DNA of 64,000 nt, taken from NCBI GenBank assembly GCA_036841525.1, contig DAITVZ010000001.1, positions 67,353 through 131,352 of the forward strand, written 5' to 3'. The translations under genes and the position numbers were made by a program. Within the stretch, counting starts at the first letter, position 1. Every line of letters begins with the position of its first letter. The notes under the pieces were generated by a model. That model did not search any database. It was not told the origin of the DNA and was given only the letters and a program-made list of their open reading frames with translations. Source of the DNA: Chloroflexota bacterium (GTDB lineage Bacteria > Chloroflexota > Anaerolineae > JAAYEA01). This document shows, piece after piece, positions 1-8,435 of this stretch.

Positions 1-2638
1 GAAAGGTGTTGTAGCGGATGGTGGGGGCGGATCCGGAGTTGCAGAGGATGTCATAGTGGGTGTCGGTCACGCCGTTGTCCATAAAGGCGTTGCCGAGCAG
101 GGTCGGCTGGGCGTTATAGAGCTCGATGCCATGCCGCGCTGCGTGGCCGATGATGGAGGAGCGGATGGTGGGCGCGCAGCCGTAGAGGTTGATGTTGGCG
201 TTCCAGTACCGGTTGCGCCAGAGCTTGGACTCGCCGCCGTTCTCCACGATCAGGCCATACAGGATGCTGCGCGCGCCGTCCGCCGTCTCGTCCATAAAGA
301 GGCCGGCCCAGCGCTCGCCGGCGGTGTTCCAGGTCAGGCGCACCGGGGCGGCGGCGCCATCCGCGGTCAGGGCCCCTGGCGCGGAGGCCGTGCCCACGAA
401 CAGCCCATCGCCGCGATCGAACTTGAGCGTGACCCCGGCGGCCAAGGTGAGCAGAGGCGTGTTCGCCCCGGCGACGGTGACGTCGTCGGCGATAAAATAG
501 TGGCTCATCCCCTGGCTGGTCCAGGTGGCGTCCTGGGCGATGGTCCCGCCAAGGACGTGGACCGCGCGGGTCGGGTGAAAGATGTTGTCCTTGAGGCTGC
601 CCACGCTGCTCGCGCCGAGCTTGAGGGCGTAGCGCTGGGCGGCGGCGCCGGGGCCAAGCTGGTTGCCCTCGATGACCGGCGCCGAGCTGGCGGAGGTCAG
701 GATGTCGTAATCGGATACCTTGCTGCCGTTGTCGTGGAAATAGCTGCCCCGGATGACGGGGGCGCCGCCCTCCATGGCGACGCCGTGGCGGCTGGCATAG
801 GCGATCTCGCTATCGCGGATGGTGGGGCTCGTCTGGTAGATGTTGATGCTGCCCTCCCACCGGGACCCATGCCATAGCATGCTCTGCCCGCTGCCGCCAT
901 GTTCGACGATGGCGTGCGCCAACAGGGTATTGGCGCTGTCGCAGGCGCCATCGAAAAAGAGGCCGGGCCAGTAGCCCGCCGCCCCGGCGCGGGTGAAGCG
1001 GATCGGGAGCACGCCGCCATCGGCGCGCAGCGCCCCCGGCTGCCCCTCTGCGCCGACGTAGAGCCCCGCCCACTCGGCGAACTTGAGCGTCAGCCCCGGC
1101 TCCAGCGTCAGCACGGGGTTCGCGGTGCCGCCCACCCAGATGTCGCCCACGATCAGGTAGTGGCTCATGCCCTGCTGGGTCCAGGTGGCCGAGGTGGTCA
1201 CCAGCCCTCCGCCGACGGCGGCGCCGCGCAGCGGGTCGAAGGTGTTGTTGCGCATCTGGCCCATGGCCTGGGCGGAGAGGAGCACGGCGCAAGCGGTCCC
1301 GGCGCCAAAGCGGTTATCCCGCACCAGCGGCGTGGATTCGAGGTCGGCCATGATGTCAAAGTGGCTCTCCAGCCGGCCGTTATCGTGGAACGAGTTGCCC
1401 ACGATGGTGGGGCTGCCTTGATAGATGCTGATGCCGTGTTGCGCGCCATGGTGGATCTCACAGTTTTCGATCCTGGGCGCCGATTGATAGATGTTGATGT
1501 TGGCTTCGCAGGTGGTGTCATGCCAGGGGTAGCCCCGGCCGCCGTAGGCGATCTGCACCCCCTTGATCACGCTGGCGCTCGTGTCCGCCGCTCGGTCGAA
1601 ATTCAGCCCGGCCCAGCGGACGCTGCTCCCCGGCGAGGCGCTGGTCAGCACGATGGGGAGCGCGGTGCCGTCGGCGACGAGCGCCCCCGGCTGGTCCAGC
1701 GTGCCGATGAACAGGCCAACGCCGTCGGCGAACTGGACGGTCACCCCCGGCTGCAGGGTGAGGACCGGCGCATCGGGCCCGGCGACGATCATGTTGGGCG
1801 AGGTCACGTCGTAGGGGACCACCAGGTAGGGTGCGCCGACGTTGGGCCAGGTGGCATCCTCGCCCATCTGCGTGCTCCAGACCTGGATCCGGCCGTTGGG
1901 TGGCATGGTGTTGGCGCCCAGCCGGCCGACGGCGCCGGGGGGCAGGGCGATGGGGAAAGGCAGGTCGCTGGCAAAGGTGCAGCCCTGGACTCGCGCCGGG
2001 AGGGTGCGCTGGAGCCCCAGCAGGTCGTGGTGTTCTTCGGGGGCCGAGCCGTTGTGGTGGAAGAGGCAGTTGACGATCTCGGTGCGCTCCTCGTCGTCGG
2101 CCAGCTCGATGCCGTTGCCCAGGCTATAGGCGATCTCGCAGTTCTCGATGATCGCCCCCGCCGCGCGGATGGTCAGGCTGCTATAGCGGACCTTGTTCTC
2201 CCAGGGGTCGCCGCCGCGCCCGGCGTAGGTGATCTTGACGTGGCGAAGCTGGCAATTGCTGGCCAGGTAGCCCAAAAAGAGGCCGCGCCAGTGCCCCGGC
2301 GTGGGGGTGTCGCTATCCGCGGTCAAGGTGATGGGCAGCGCCGCGGTGCCGTTGGCGATCAGCCGCCCATCCTCGACCATGATGGAGCCGCCCTCGGCGA
2401 ACCGGACCTCGACGCCCGGCTCGATGGTCAGGGTCGCCTCGGCATAGACGCGCAGGGGCAGGCGGGTCACGATGTAAGGGCTCTGCGCCCGAGTCCAGAC
2501 GGTATTGATGAACACATCGTCGTCGACGACCTTGCCTTGGGGGGACTGGGCAGCGATGGGGCTCGCCCAGAGGCCCAGCACGATCATCGCGGCGACCAGG
2601 CCGCTTGCCGCCAGCGCCCGCCGAAGTATCGGAGCCAC
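1..2638 (-). CDS. Secreted parallel beta-helix (PbH1/NosD-like) repeat protein, partial. The N-terminus with signal peptide lies in the window; the C-terminus runs past position 1.
   Basis: The minus frame with codon low positions = 2 mod 3 has no ORF ending inside 1-2700, so it is open off the window edge. A GTG start sits about 2636-2638, after an in-frame TAG and a GGAGGA RBS. The N-terminus reads VAPILRRALAASGLVAAMIVLGLWASPIAAQ (signal peptide). Modules of about 170 aa recur (ATWTxQGMSHY...PxLTLxPGxTxKF...GAL(R/T)ADG, and NINIYQSxPTI / NCEI / HGI / FHDNG beta-helix turns). The plus-strand ORFs 56-877 and 899-2704 are shadow frames. Confidence 0.6.
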   Translation of the reverse strand, partial: MAPILRRALAASGLVAAMIVLGLWASPIAAQSPQGKVVDDDVFINTVWTRAQSPYIVTRLPLRVYAEATLTIEPGVEVRFAEGGSIMVEDGRLIANGTAALPITLTADSDTPTPGHWRGLFLGYLASNCQLRHVKITYAGRGGDPWENKVRYSSLTIRAAGAIIENCEIAYSLGNGIELADDEERTEIVNCLFHHNGSAPEEHHDLLGLQRTLPARVQGCTFASDLPFPIALPPGAVGRLGANTMPPNGRIQVWSTQMGEDATWPNVGAPYLVVPYDVTSPNMIVAGPDAPVLTLQPGVTVQFADGVGLFIGTLDQPGALVADGTALPIVLTSASPGSSVRWAGLNFDRAADTSASVIKGVQIAYGGRGYPWHDTTCEANINIYQSAPRIENCEIHHGAQHGISIYQGSPTIVGNSFHDNGRLESHFDIMADLESTPLVRDNRFGAGTACAVLLSAQAMGQMRNNTFDPLRGAAVGGGLVTTSATWTQQGMSHYLIVGDIWVGGTANPVLTLEPGLTLKFAEWAGLYVGAEGQPGALRADGGVLPIRFTRAGAAGYWPGLFFDGACDSANTLLAHAIVEHGGSGQSMLWHGSRWEGSINIYQTSPTIRDSEIAYASRHGVAMEGGAPVIRGSYFHDNGSKVSDYDILTSASSAPVIEGNQLGPGAAAQRYALKLGASSVGSLKDNIFHPTRAVHVLGGTIAQDATWTSQGMSHYFIADDVTVAGANTPLLTLAAGVTLKFDRGDGLFVGTASAPGALTADGAAAPVRLTWNTAGERWAGLFMDETADGARSILYGLIVENGGESKLWRNRYWNANINLYGCAPTIRSSIIGHAARHGIELYNAQPTLLGNAFMDNGVTDTHYDILCNSGSAPTIRYNTF

Positions 2639-2783
2639 GGTCTATCCTCCTGCTTTGATCCCGGCCAAGCCACGGGGATGGGGAGCATGCGCGGGGCAGC
2701 ATGATACATGCCCAAGGGCATTATAGCATGGCGAAAAGGGCGGAGGGAATAGGAAAAATGTCCTGTCACGCGCCGCGGGGCGG

Positions 2784-3710
2784 CTAGGCGGCGAACTGCG
2801 GGTCCTGCTCCAGCAAGAGCTGCAGCCCCTTGAGCAGCTCGACCTTGGGCTTGAAGCCCAGCTTTTTCCGCGCCAGCGAGATGTCGGCCACCAACTGGTA
2901 GACGCCGCCCGTTTGGGCGTTGCTATAGAGGCGGTGGGTGGGGTGCCCGACCACCTCCTCGATCACGCCGGCCAGGTCATTGATGCTGACCTGGCGGCCG
3001 CTGCCGACGTTGATGATCGCTCCGCTGATGCCGGGGGCGGTGGCGGCGGCGATGAGGGCCTGCACCACGTCGCTGATATAGATGAAATCGCGGGTCTGCG
3101 TCCCTTGACCATAGATGACCAGCGAGCCGCCGGTGAGGGCCTGCTTGAGCAGCTTAGGGATCACCGGGGGGTTGGAGGGGGGGATGACCTGGCCGGGGCC
3201 GTAGGCGTTAAAAATGCGCAGGATCACCGTCTCGATGGCGTTGAGGGCGCCCAGCGCCTGCACATAGCCCTCCGCCGCCATCTTGCTCACGGCATAGGGC
3301 GTCTGCGGACGGAGCATGGCCGTCTCCTTGGCTGGCTGCTCGTCTTGCTCGCCATAGACCGCGCCGGAGGAGGCCAGGATGACCCGCCGGACGCCGGCAT
3401 CGCGCGCGGCGGTCATCAGGCTGACCGTGCCGCCGACGTTCACATCATTGTACTCGACGGGATAGAGGATGGATTCCTGCACATAGACGCGCGCGGCCAG
3501 GTGATAGACGCAATCCACGCCGCGCAAGAGCGTCCAGAGCTTGGGGATGTCGCGGATATCGCCGCGGACAAAGGCGATGCGCGGATCGAGCCTGCTCTGC
3601 TCGCCGGCGCTGAGGTCATCCAGGACGCGAACCTGATGCCCCATGCCCACCAACTCGTTGGACAATGCGGATCCCAGGAACCCCGCCCCGCCCGTTATGA
3701 GGCACCTCAT
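2784..3710 (-). CDS. NAD-dependent epimerase/dehydratase (SDR family, UDP-sugar 4-epimerase-like)
   Basis: ORF 2784-3869. An internal ATG at 3710 has a GGGGAG RBS and opens with the Rossmann motif [15 protein letters not shown] YxxxK-type motif (YAVSK) is present. The in-frame upstream part looks like non-coding read-through. Confidence 0.7.
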   Translation of the reverse strand: MRCLITGGAGFLGSALSNELVGMGHQVRVLDDLSAGEQSRLDPRIAFVRGDIRDIPKLWTLLRGVDCVYHLAARVYVQESILYPVEYNDVNVGGTVSLMTAARDAGVRRVILASSGAVYGEQDEQPAKETAMLRPQTPYAVSKMAAEGYVQALGALNAIETVILRIFNAYGPGQVIPPSNPPVIPKLLKQALTGGSLVIYGQGTQTRDFIYISDVVQALIAAATAPGISGAIINVGSGRQVSINDLAGVIEEVVGHPTHRLYSNAQTGGVYQLVADISLARKKLGFKPKVELLKGLQLLLEQDPQFAA

Positions 3711-3824
3711 GGACTCTACTCCCCATCGGTGATATAATCGGCTCCGCAAGATTATAGGGCATCCCATCCACGCTGTCAATCCACATTTCAGCGCTTGGCG
3801 GCGGCGAGGTGGGGGAGGGTATTG

Positions 3825-4430
3825 ATGACCAACGATGCGCAAGACGGCAATCCGCCGGAGGATTGGCATCTCTGGCTGACCGCGCTATTCGATCCTGATG
3901 AGACGAACCGGGCGGTGGCGGCCCAGGTGTTGGGCAGCTCGGGCGACCCCGAGGCCATCCCTCCCTTGCTGGCCGCGCTGGACACGGTCGTGGGCATGGT
4001 GGCCGGGGGCGGGCCGGTGGCCCGCGCCCTGGTCGAACTGCGCGACGTGTGGACCGTGGAGATCTTTGCCAAGGCGCTGACCGACCCGCGGGCGTACGTC
4101 CGCCGCGCCGCGGCTGAGGCGCTGGGGTGGCTGCGCGATCCGCAGGCCCTGGAGGCCCTGGTGGGCGTCCTGCAGGACGAGGCCTTTGGCGTGCGCCTCG
4201 AGGCGGCCTGGGCCCTGGGCGAGATCGGCGATCCGAGCGTGCTGGGATCTTTGCTGGCCATGGTGCCAGATCAGGACTCGAACGTGCGCCGCAACGTGGC
4301 CGATGCCCTGGGGCAATTGGGCGACCCGCGCGCCAGGGAGGTCCTGTTGGGGCTGCTGGACGATGAGGACCTGGGCGTGCGCGCCGCGGCCGAGAGCGCG
4401 CTCAAGCGGCTTATCCCCGAGGCCGGCTAG
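3825..4430 (+). CDS. HEAT / PBS-lyase-like repeat protein
   Basis: ORF 3795-4430. It contains repeated units of the form (A)AxALGxxGDPxAxxxLxxxLxD. The ATG at about 3825 is preceded by GGGGGAGGG. Confidence 0.55.
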   Translation: MTNDAQDGNPPEDWHLWLTALFDPDETNRAVAAQVLGSSGDPEAIPPLLAALDTVVGMVAGGGPVARALVELRDVWTVEIFAKALTDPRAYVRRAAAEALGWLRDPQALEALVGVLQDEAFGVRLEAAWALGEIGDPSVLGSLLAMVPDQDSNVRRNVADALGQLGDPRAREVLLGLLDDEDLGVRAAAESALKRLIPEAG

Positions 4431-4518
4431 CGCCGCCGGCCGCGCATCCCCCTTGATGAAACCCCGTGGGCGTCCCGCCCGTAGATTAGGCAGCCTATGA
4501 GCATTCGGAGGTACGATC

Positions 4519-5043
4519 TTGGCTGAATCGCGACCAACCATACGCCTTTGGGAGCTGTTCCTCTCCCTCGGCGTCTTTGTCATACTGGTGTTCTATGCGG
4601 TGACGGCGCTTTCCAGCGCGGACCTGATGTGGTTCTGGCCGCAATCGAGCGTCCCCCAACCGTCGCGCATCATCATCCATAACCAGGGCCAGGAGCGTGA
4701 GCTCACCGCCGAGATGGCCGAGTTCGAGCCGATCGCGGAGGCGGCAGCCCAGGTCTTTTCGCGCCTCGATACGGTCGCGCTGATCGAGGTGGGCCTCTCA
4801 GACGTGACCCTGGGACTGTACTGGAACGATGCGGTGGTGGTCGAGTTCTTTTACGAAGAGCCGATCCAGTTCCATGTGCCATTTCAAGCAGGCCGGCCCA
4901 CCCAACTGCTCTTGCCGGTGAAAGGGCCGCATGCGGATAAGGGGCTCTTTTTCCGCGGCGCGCTTGGCCAATACTGGTTTGGCGCCATGCGCGTGCGCGA
5001 TCCCGAGACCTTGCTCAAGGCCCTGGAGCCCTATACCTCCTGA
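4519..5043 (+). CDS. Hypothetical membrane-anchored protein
   Basis: TTG start with a GGAGG RBS 8 nt upstream. An N-terminal TM helix (LWELFLSLGVFVILVFYAVTAL) is present. No recognisable domain. Confidence 0.4.
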   Translation: MAESRPTIRLWELFLSLGVFVILVFYAVTALSSADLMWFWPQSSVPQPSRIIIHNQGQERELTAEMAEFEPIAEAAAQVFSRLDTVALIEVGLSDVTLGLYWNDAVVVEFFYEEPIQFHVPFQAGRPTQLLLPVKGPHADKGLFFRGALGQYWFGAMRVRDPETLLKALEPYTS

Positions 5044-5146
5044 TGAGCGGAACGCGAGATGGGCGCCTGGCAGCTCGGCCTGCCGGGCGCTTGTTGTTTT
5101 TCGGCGACTCGCGGAAAAGCGCGCTTCCTCGAAACGCTTTGCCCGT

Positions 5147-5176
5147 TTGCGCTATTGAGGTTTTCTGCGGTATAAT
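5147..5176 (+). promoter_or_regulatory. Putative sigma70-type promoter (TTGCGC-18-TATAAT) upstream of the ECF sigma gene, followed by a ~130-nt leader
   Basis: The sequence reads ttgcgctattgaggttttctgcggTATAATcc. The leader contains the palindrome CTGGCCAG. Confidence 0.35.
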
Positions 5177-5310
5177 CCGTGGCCTAGCATGGCTGGCCAG
5201 ACCGTGGCGTGCCCCCGCCTCTGCCAGTCGAATCCGCGTAACCGGGATCAAGTCAAGGTGTTCTGTAAGGTAGAAAATGCGCCAAGCACGATCTGGGTCA
5301 GGGCCGCGTG

Positions 5311-5859
5311 ATGAGTGAAAACGACGAAGCGGCCCTGGTTGAACGCGCCAAGCACGATCCTGAAGCCTTTGGCGTCTTGTACGAGACGCACGTGGACAGG
5401 ATCTATAACTATATCTATTACCGGACGGGCAGCGTCCGCGATGCGGAAGACCTGACCTCGCGGACCTTTTTCCGCGCCTTGCGCGGCATCGAGCGGTATC
5501 AGCAGCAGGGGGTGCCTTTCTCCGCCTGGCTGTATCGCATCGCGCACAACCTGGTGGCGAACTGGCACCGGGACACCAGCCGCCGCAAGGTCGTCTATCT
5601 GGATGAGCTCTCCATGGTGGCGGAGAGCCGACCGGGCCCGGAAGATGAGCTCGAGTTCATCGCCGAGGAGGCCTGGTTGCAGGGGGCGATCCGCCAACTG
5701 GACGCCGACCGGCAATTGCTCCTGACGCTCAAGTTCGGCGAGGGGCTATCCAATATCGAGATCGGGCGGATCATGGGGCGCAGCGAAGGGGCCATCAAGT
5801 CCCTGTACCACCGCACCCTGATCGCCTTGAAAAAGCAATTGAGCCGGGAAGAATCCTGA
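5311..5859 (+). CDS. ECF (sigma-70 family, group 4) RNA polymerase sigma factor
   Basis: Region 2 (YNYIYYRTGSVRDAEDLTSRTF, AWLYRIAHNLVANWHRD) and region 4 (LSNIEIGRIMGRSEGAIKSLYHRTLIALKKQL) are both recognisable. The start is GTG 5308 or ATG 5311. Confidence 0.8.
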   Translation: MSENDEAALVERAKHDPEAFGVLYETHVDRIYNYIYYRTGSVRDAEDLTSRTFFRALRGIERYQQQGVPFSAWLYRIAHNLVANWHRDTSRRKVVYLDELSMVAESRPGPEDELEFIAEEAWLQGAIRQLDADRQLLLTLKFGEGLSNIEIGRIMGRSEGAIKSLYHRTLIALKKQLSREES

Positions 5860-5932
5860 CCTCCTGCCACGTAAGCTGCCGGGCGGTCCTGGCCAGGGAT
5901 CCCCACAGGCAGGCCGCGCGAGGCCAAAAGGT

Positions 5933-6334
5933 ATGGTAACGATGCGACAGAATAACTCGTTGGTTGATGTGCTCACCATGTACACCGATCGCCTGAATGA
6001 AGGGCGCGACATGGCGGCCGAGGTGGTGCGGACCTTTCCCGAGTACGCGCCCGATCTGGCCGCGCTATTGGACCTCACCAGGCGGCTCAAGGCGGCCCTG
6101 ATGCCGGTCAAGCCGGCCTTGGCTTTTCGGCAGGCGTTGCGCGCGAACCTGCTCGTGGCCCGGCACGCCAAGCTGGTGCCGCACATCACCATCCGCAACC
6201 CCTTTCGCCGCCAGCGCATCGTCCTGATCAGCGCGGCCATTGGCTCGGTCGTCTCGGTGGTCATCGGGGTCATCGCCGCGCTGGTGATCCGCAACCGGAC
6301 GGCCGACCGCACCCATGGCCTTCCCTCCGCCTAG
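5933..6334 (+). CDS. Putative anti-sigma factor (single C-terminal TM helix)
   Basis: It lies immediately downstream of the ECF sigma gene. It is 133 aa with a C-terminal TM segment (IVLISAAIGSVVSVVIGVIAALVI). The assignment is positional inference only. Confidence 0.45.
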   Translation: MVTMRQNNSLVDVLTMYTDRLNEGRDMAAEVVRTFPEYAPDLAALLDLTRRLKAALMPVKPALAFRQALRANLLVARHAKLVPHITIRNPFRRQRIVLISAAIGSVVSVVIGVIAALVIRNRTADRTHGLPSA

Positions 6335-6360
6335 CACCCATCACCCGAGGAGTTGGCTCC

Positions 6361-7506
6361 GTGACCCAATATGCCCACCTGGTTGGCTGGGGCAAAGCGC
6401 TGCCCAAGACGGTCTTGACCAACGAAGACATGGCCAAGATCGTGGATACCAGCGACGAGTGGATACGCGAGCACACCGGCATCCGCCAGCGGCACATCGC
6501 TGGCCCGGACGAGACCGCCAGCACCCTCTCCATCGAGGCGGGGCAGCAGGCCCTGGAGCGGGCCGGGGTCTCGGCTGCCGATGTGGACCTGATCATCCTG
6601 GCCACCTCCTCCCCCGACTATCAATTGCCCGGCGCCTCCTTTATGGTCCAGGCGGGGCTCGGAGCCGCGCGCGCGGCGGCCTTTGACCTAAAGGCGGGCT
6701 GCTCGGGGTTCGTGTATGGGCTGTCGGTGGGCTCGCAGTTCATCGCCAGCGGGGCCTATCGCCGCGTGCTCGTGATCGGCGCCGAGGTGGTCTCCGTTTG
6801 CCTGAACTGGAGCGACCGGCGCACCTGCGTCCTCTTTGGCGACGGCGCGGGGGCGGCGCTTTTGGAAGCCCGGGACGAGCCGGGCGGCATCCTCGCCTTT
6901 AGCCTGGGCGCGGACGGCACGCAGGTGGAAGCGTTGCGCGTGCAGGCCGCGGGCAGCAAGTACCCCCTCTGTTCCGAGTCCCTGCGCAACGGCATGAAGT
7001 TCCTAGAGCTGAACGGCAGCCAACTGCTCAGGTTCGCGCTGCGGGATACGGTCCAGGGCTTGCTGGGGGTGGTCGAGTCGGCGGGCCTGACCATGGCGGA
7101 TATCGATCTATTCGTGCCGGGCCAGTCCAACCAGCGGCTGCTGGAAGCGATCTGCAAGACGGTGGGCCTGCCGTTCGAGAAGGCTTTTATCAACATCGAC
7201 AAGTATGCCAACACCTCGGCTGCCTCCGTGGCCATCGCGCTATGCGAGGCTTTTGAGCAGGGGCGCGCCAAGCCTGGCGATGATATCGCCCTGCTCGCCT
7301 ATGGGGCCGGCCTCACCTGGGCCGCCGCAGTGCTGCACGTGGGCGCGCTGGACCAGTCGCCCATCGCCGTCTCCTGGCCGCTGGCGACCCGGCTGCAGAA
7401 CCGCATGGACCGGGCCATGGTCACCCTGCGGACCGCCAGCGCCGCCGTGACCTCCCGGGCGGGGCGGTTGCGCCGGTCCTTGGGAACGCGCGACAGGGAC
7501 CAATAG
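6361..7506 (+). CDS. fabH: 3-oxoacyl-[ACP] synthase III (FabH/KAS III) with a ~50-aa C-terminal extension
   Basis: Hallmark FabH motifs are present: AGCSGFVYGL (active-site Cys), GNTSAASVAIAL and AYGAGLTWAA. GTG start. Confidence 0.8.
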   Translation: MTQYAHLVGWGKALPKTVLTNEDMAKIVDTSDEWIREHTGIRQRHIAGPDETASTLSIEAGQQALERAGVSAADVDLIILATSSPDYQLPGASFMVQAGLGAARAAAFDLKAGCSGFVYGLSVGSQFIASGAYRRVLVIGAEVVSVCLNWSDRRTCVLFGDGAGAALLEARDEPGGILAFSLGADGTQVEALRVQAAGSKYPLCSESLRNGMKFLELNGSQLLRFALRDTVQGLLGVVESAGLTMADIDLFVPGQSNQRLLEAICKTVGLPFEKAFINIDKYANTSAASVAIALCEAFEQGRAKPGDDIALLAYGAGLTWAAAVLHVGALDQSPIAVSWPLATRLQNRMDRAMVTLRTASAAVTSRAGRLRRSLGTRDRDQ

Positions 7507-7541
7507 GGCGTCGGCGGCGCGATGCCTTGGACGCCTCGCAT

Positions 7542-8075
7542 CTAGCCCTGCAAAGCCTCGATCACGGCCTTGTACTTGGCGTGGATCATCTTGCGGTCAA
7601 ACTCCCAGAACTCGGCCAGCATGGCCTGTTGTTCCTCGTCCGATAGGTAGGCCATCGCCGCAGGGAAAAAGACCTGGTCCTCTTTGGCGATGTGTTTGCG
7701 ATAAAACCCCGTCAGCGCCTGCAGTTCCGTGGCCAGTTCCGGCGCTGCCTCCGCCTCCCCGCGGCGATGCCGCTCTCTGGTCCCATCCAGGGCCCGGACG
7801 ATCTGCCGACCGTCGAGGTGTTCTTGCCTTAGCTCGGCCATCACGCGCTGGTCATCCGGAGATAGTGGTTTGCGTGCCAGGTCGCGAAAGAGGATATCTT
7901 CTTCTTTGCCGTGGTGCGTGCGGTCGGCATACGTATGGACAAAGTCCAGGATCAGATCGATGGCCTCTGGATCGGCCAGGCCCGTTTCTCTGATGCGCTG
8001 CGCTTGGCGCTCGGCCGCGGTGAGCATCCGCTCGATCAGGCGGTGCTCGATCATCAGGGGTCCTCGCGCTTGCAT
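7542..8075 (-). CDS. Hemerythrin HHE cation-binding domain protein
   Basis: ORF 7542-8135. The ATG at 8075 has a GGAGG RBS 8 nt upstream and opens MIEHRLIERML...; further H/E-rich motifs (HTYADRTHHGKEED, LRQEHLDG) are typical of hemerythrin-like domains. Confidence 0.7.
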   Translation of the reverse strand: MQARGPLMIEHRLIERMLTAAERQAQRIRETGLADPEAIDLILDFVHTYADRTHHGKEEDILFRDLARKPLSPDDQRVMAELRQEHLDGRQIVRALDGTRERHRRGEAEAAPELATELQALTGFYRKHIAKEDQVFFPAAMAYLSDEEQQAMLAEFWEFDRKMIHAKYKAVIEALQG

Positions 8076-8435
8076 AGTGATACCTCCGGCGGTGACTCTG
8101 CCCGCCAGCAGAGGGCGTAGGTCCCACGCGCCCACCTCTTGCCCATCACACCCTTGTGAAGCTCCTCACAAAGCCTAGTGCCGCAGTAGGAAAATGCCAT
8201 GATGTAGATCATATCGCCCAGCGGCAGGGGCGCGCTTGGCCGGGGCCGTATCCAAGGGCTTGCTCAGCCGTCCCTACTAGTGGTCGCGCTGTTCGCCCAA
8301 GCGCACCCGGTGTCGGGCGCGCCCAGGCCTCAGCGCGCGGCTCTTTTCCTAGGCGTTGCGGCCGACTAGCGGGCCGCAGAGGGGGGAAGCCGGACGCCCA
8401 CCATCGTAACATCACACTTGTGCGGGGAACGCTGC

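Noticed and set aside
2581-2640. Apparent 1-nt inconsistency between my base-by-base reading and the ORF-track frames near 2581
   Set aside because: Most likely my misreading of the printed sequence: the track (2505-2726 +, 2584-2769 -) is self-consistent only with one extra base. So this is not treated as a frameshift or pseudogene. Coordinates may be off by about 1 nt.
56-2704. Long plus-strand ORFs (56-877, 899-2704), both G/R/A/P-rich
   Set aside because: They are low-complexity shadow frames opposite the real minus-strand beta-helix gene. They have no RBS and no domain signal.
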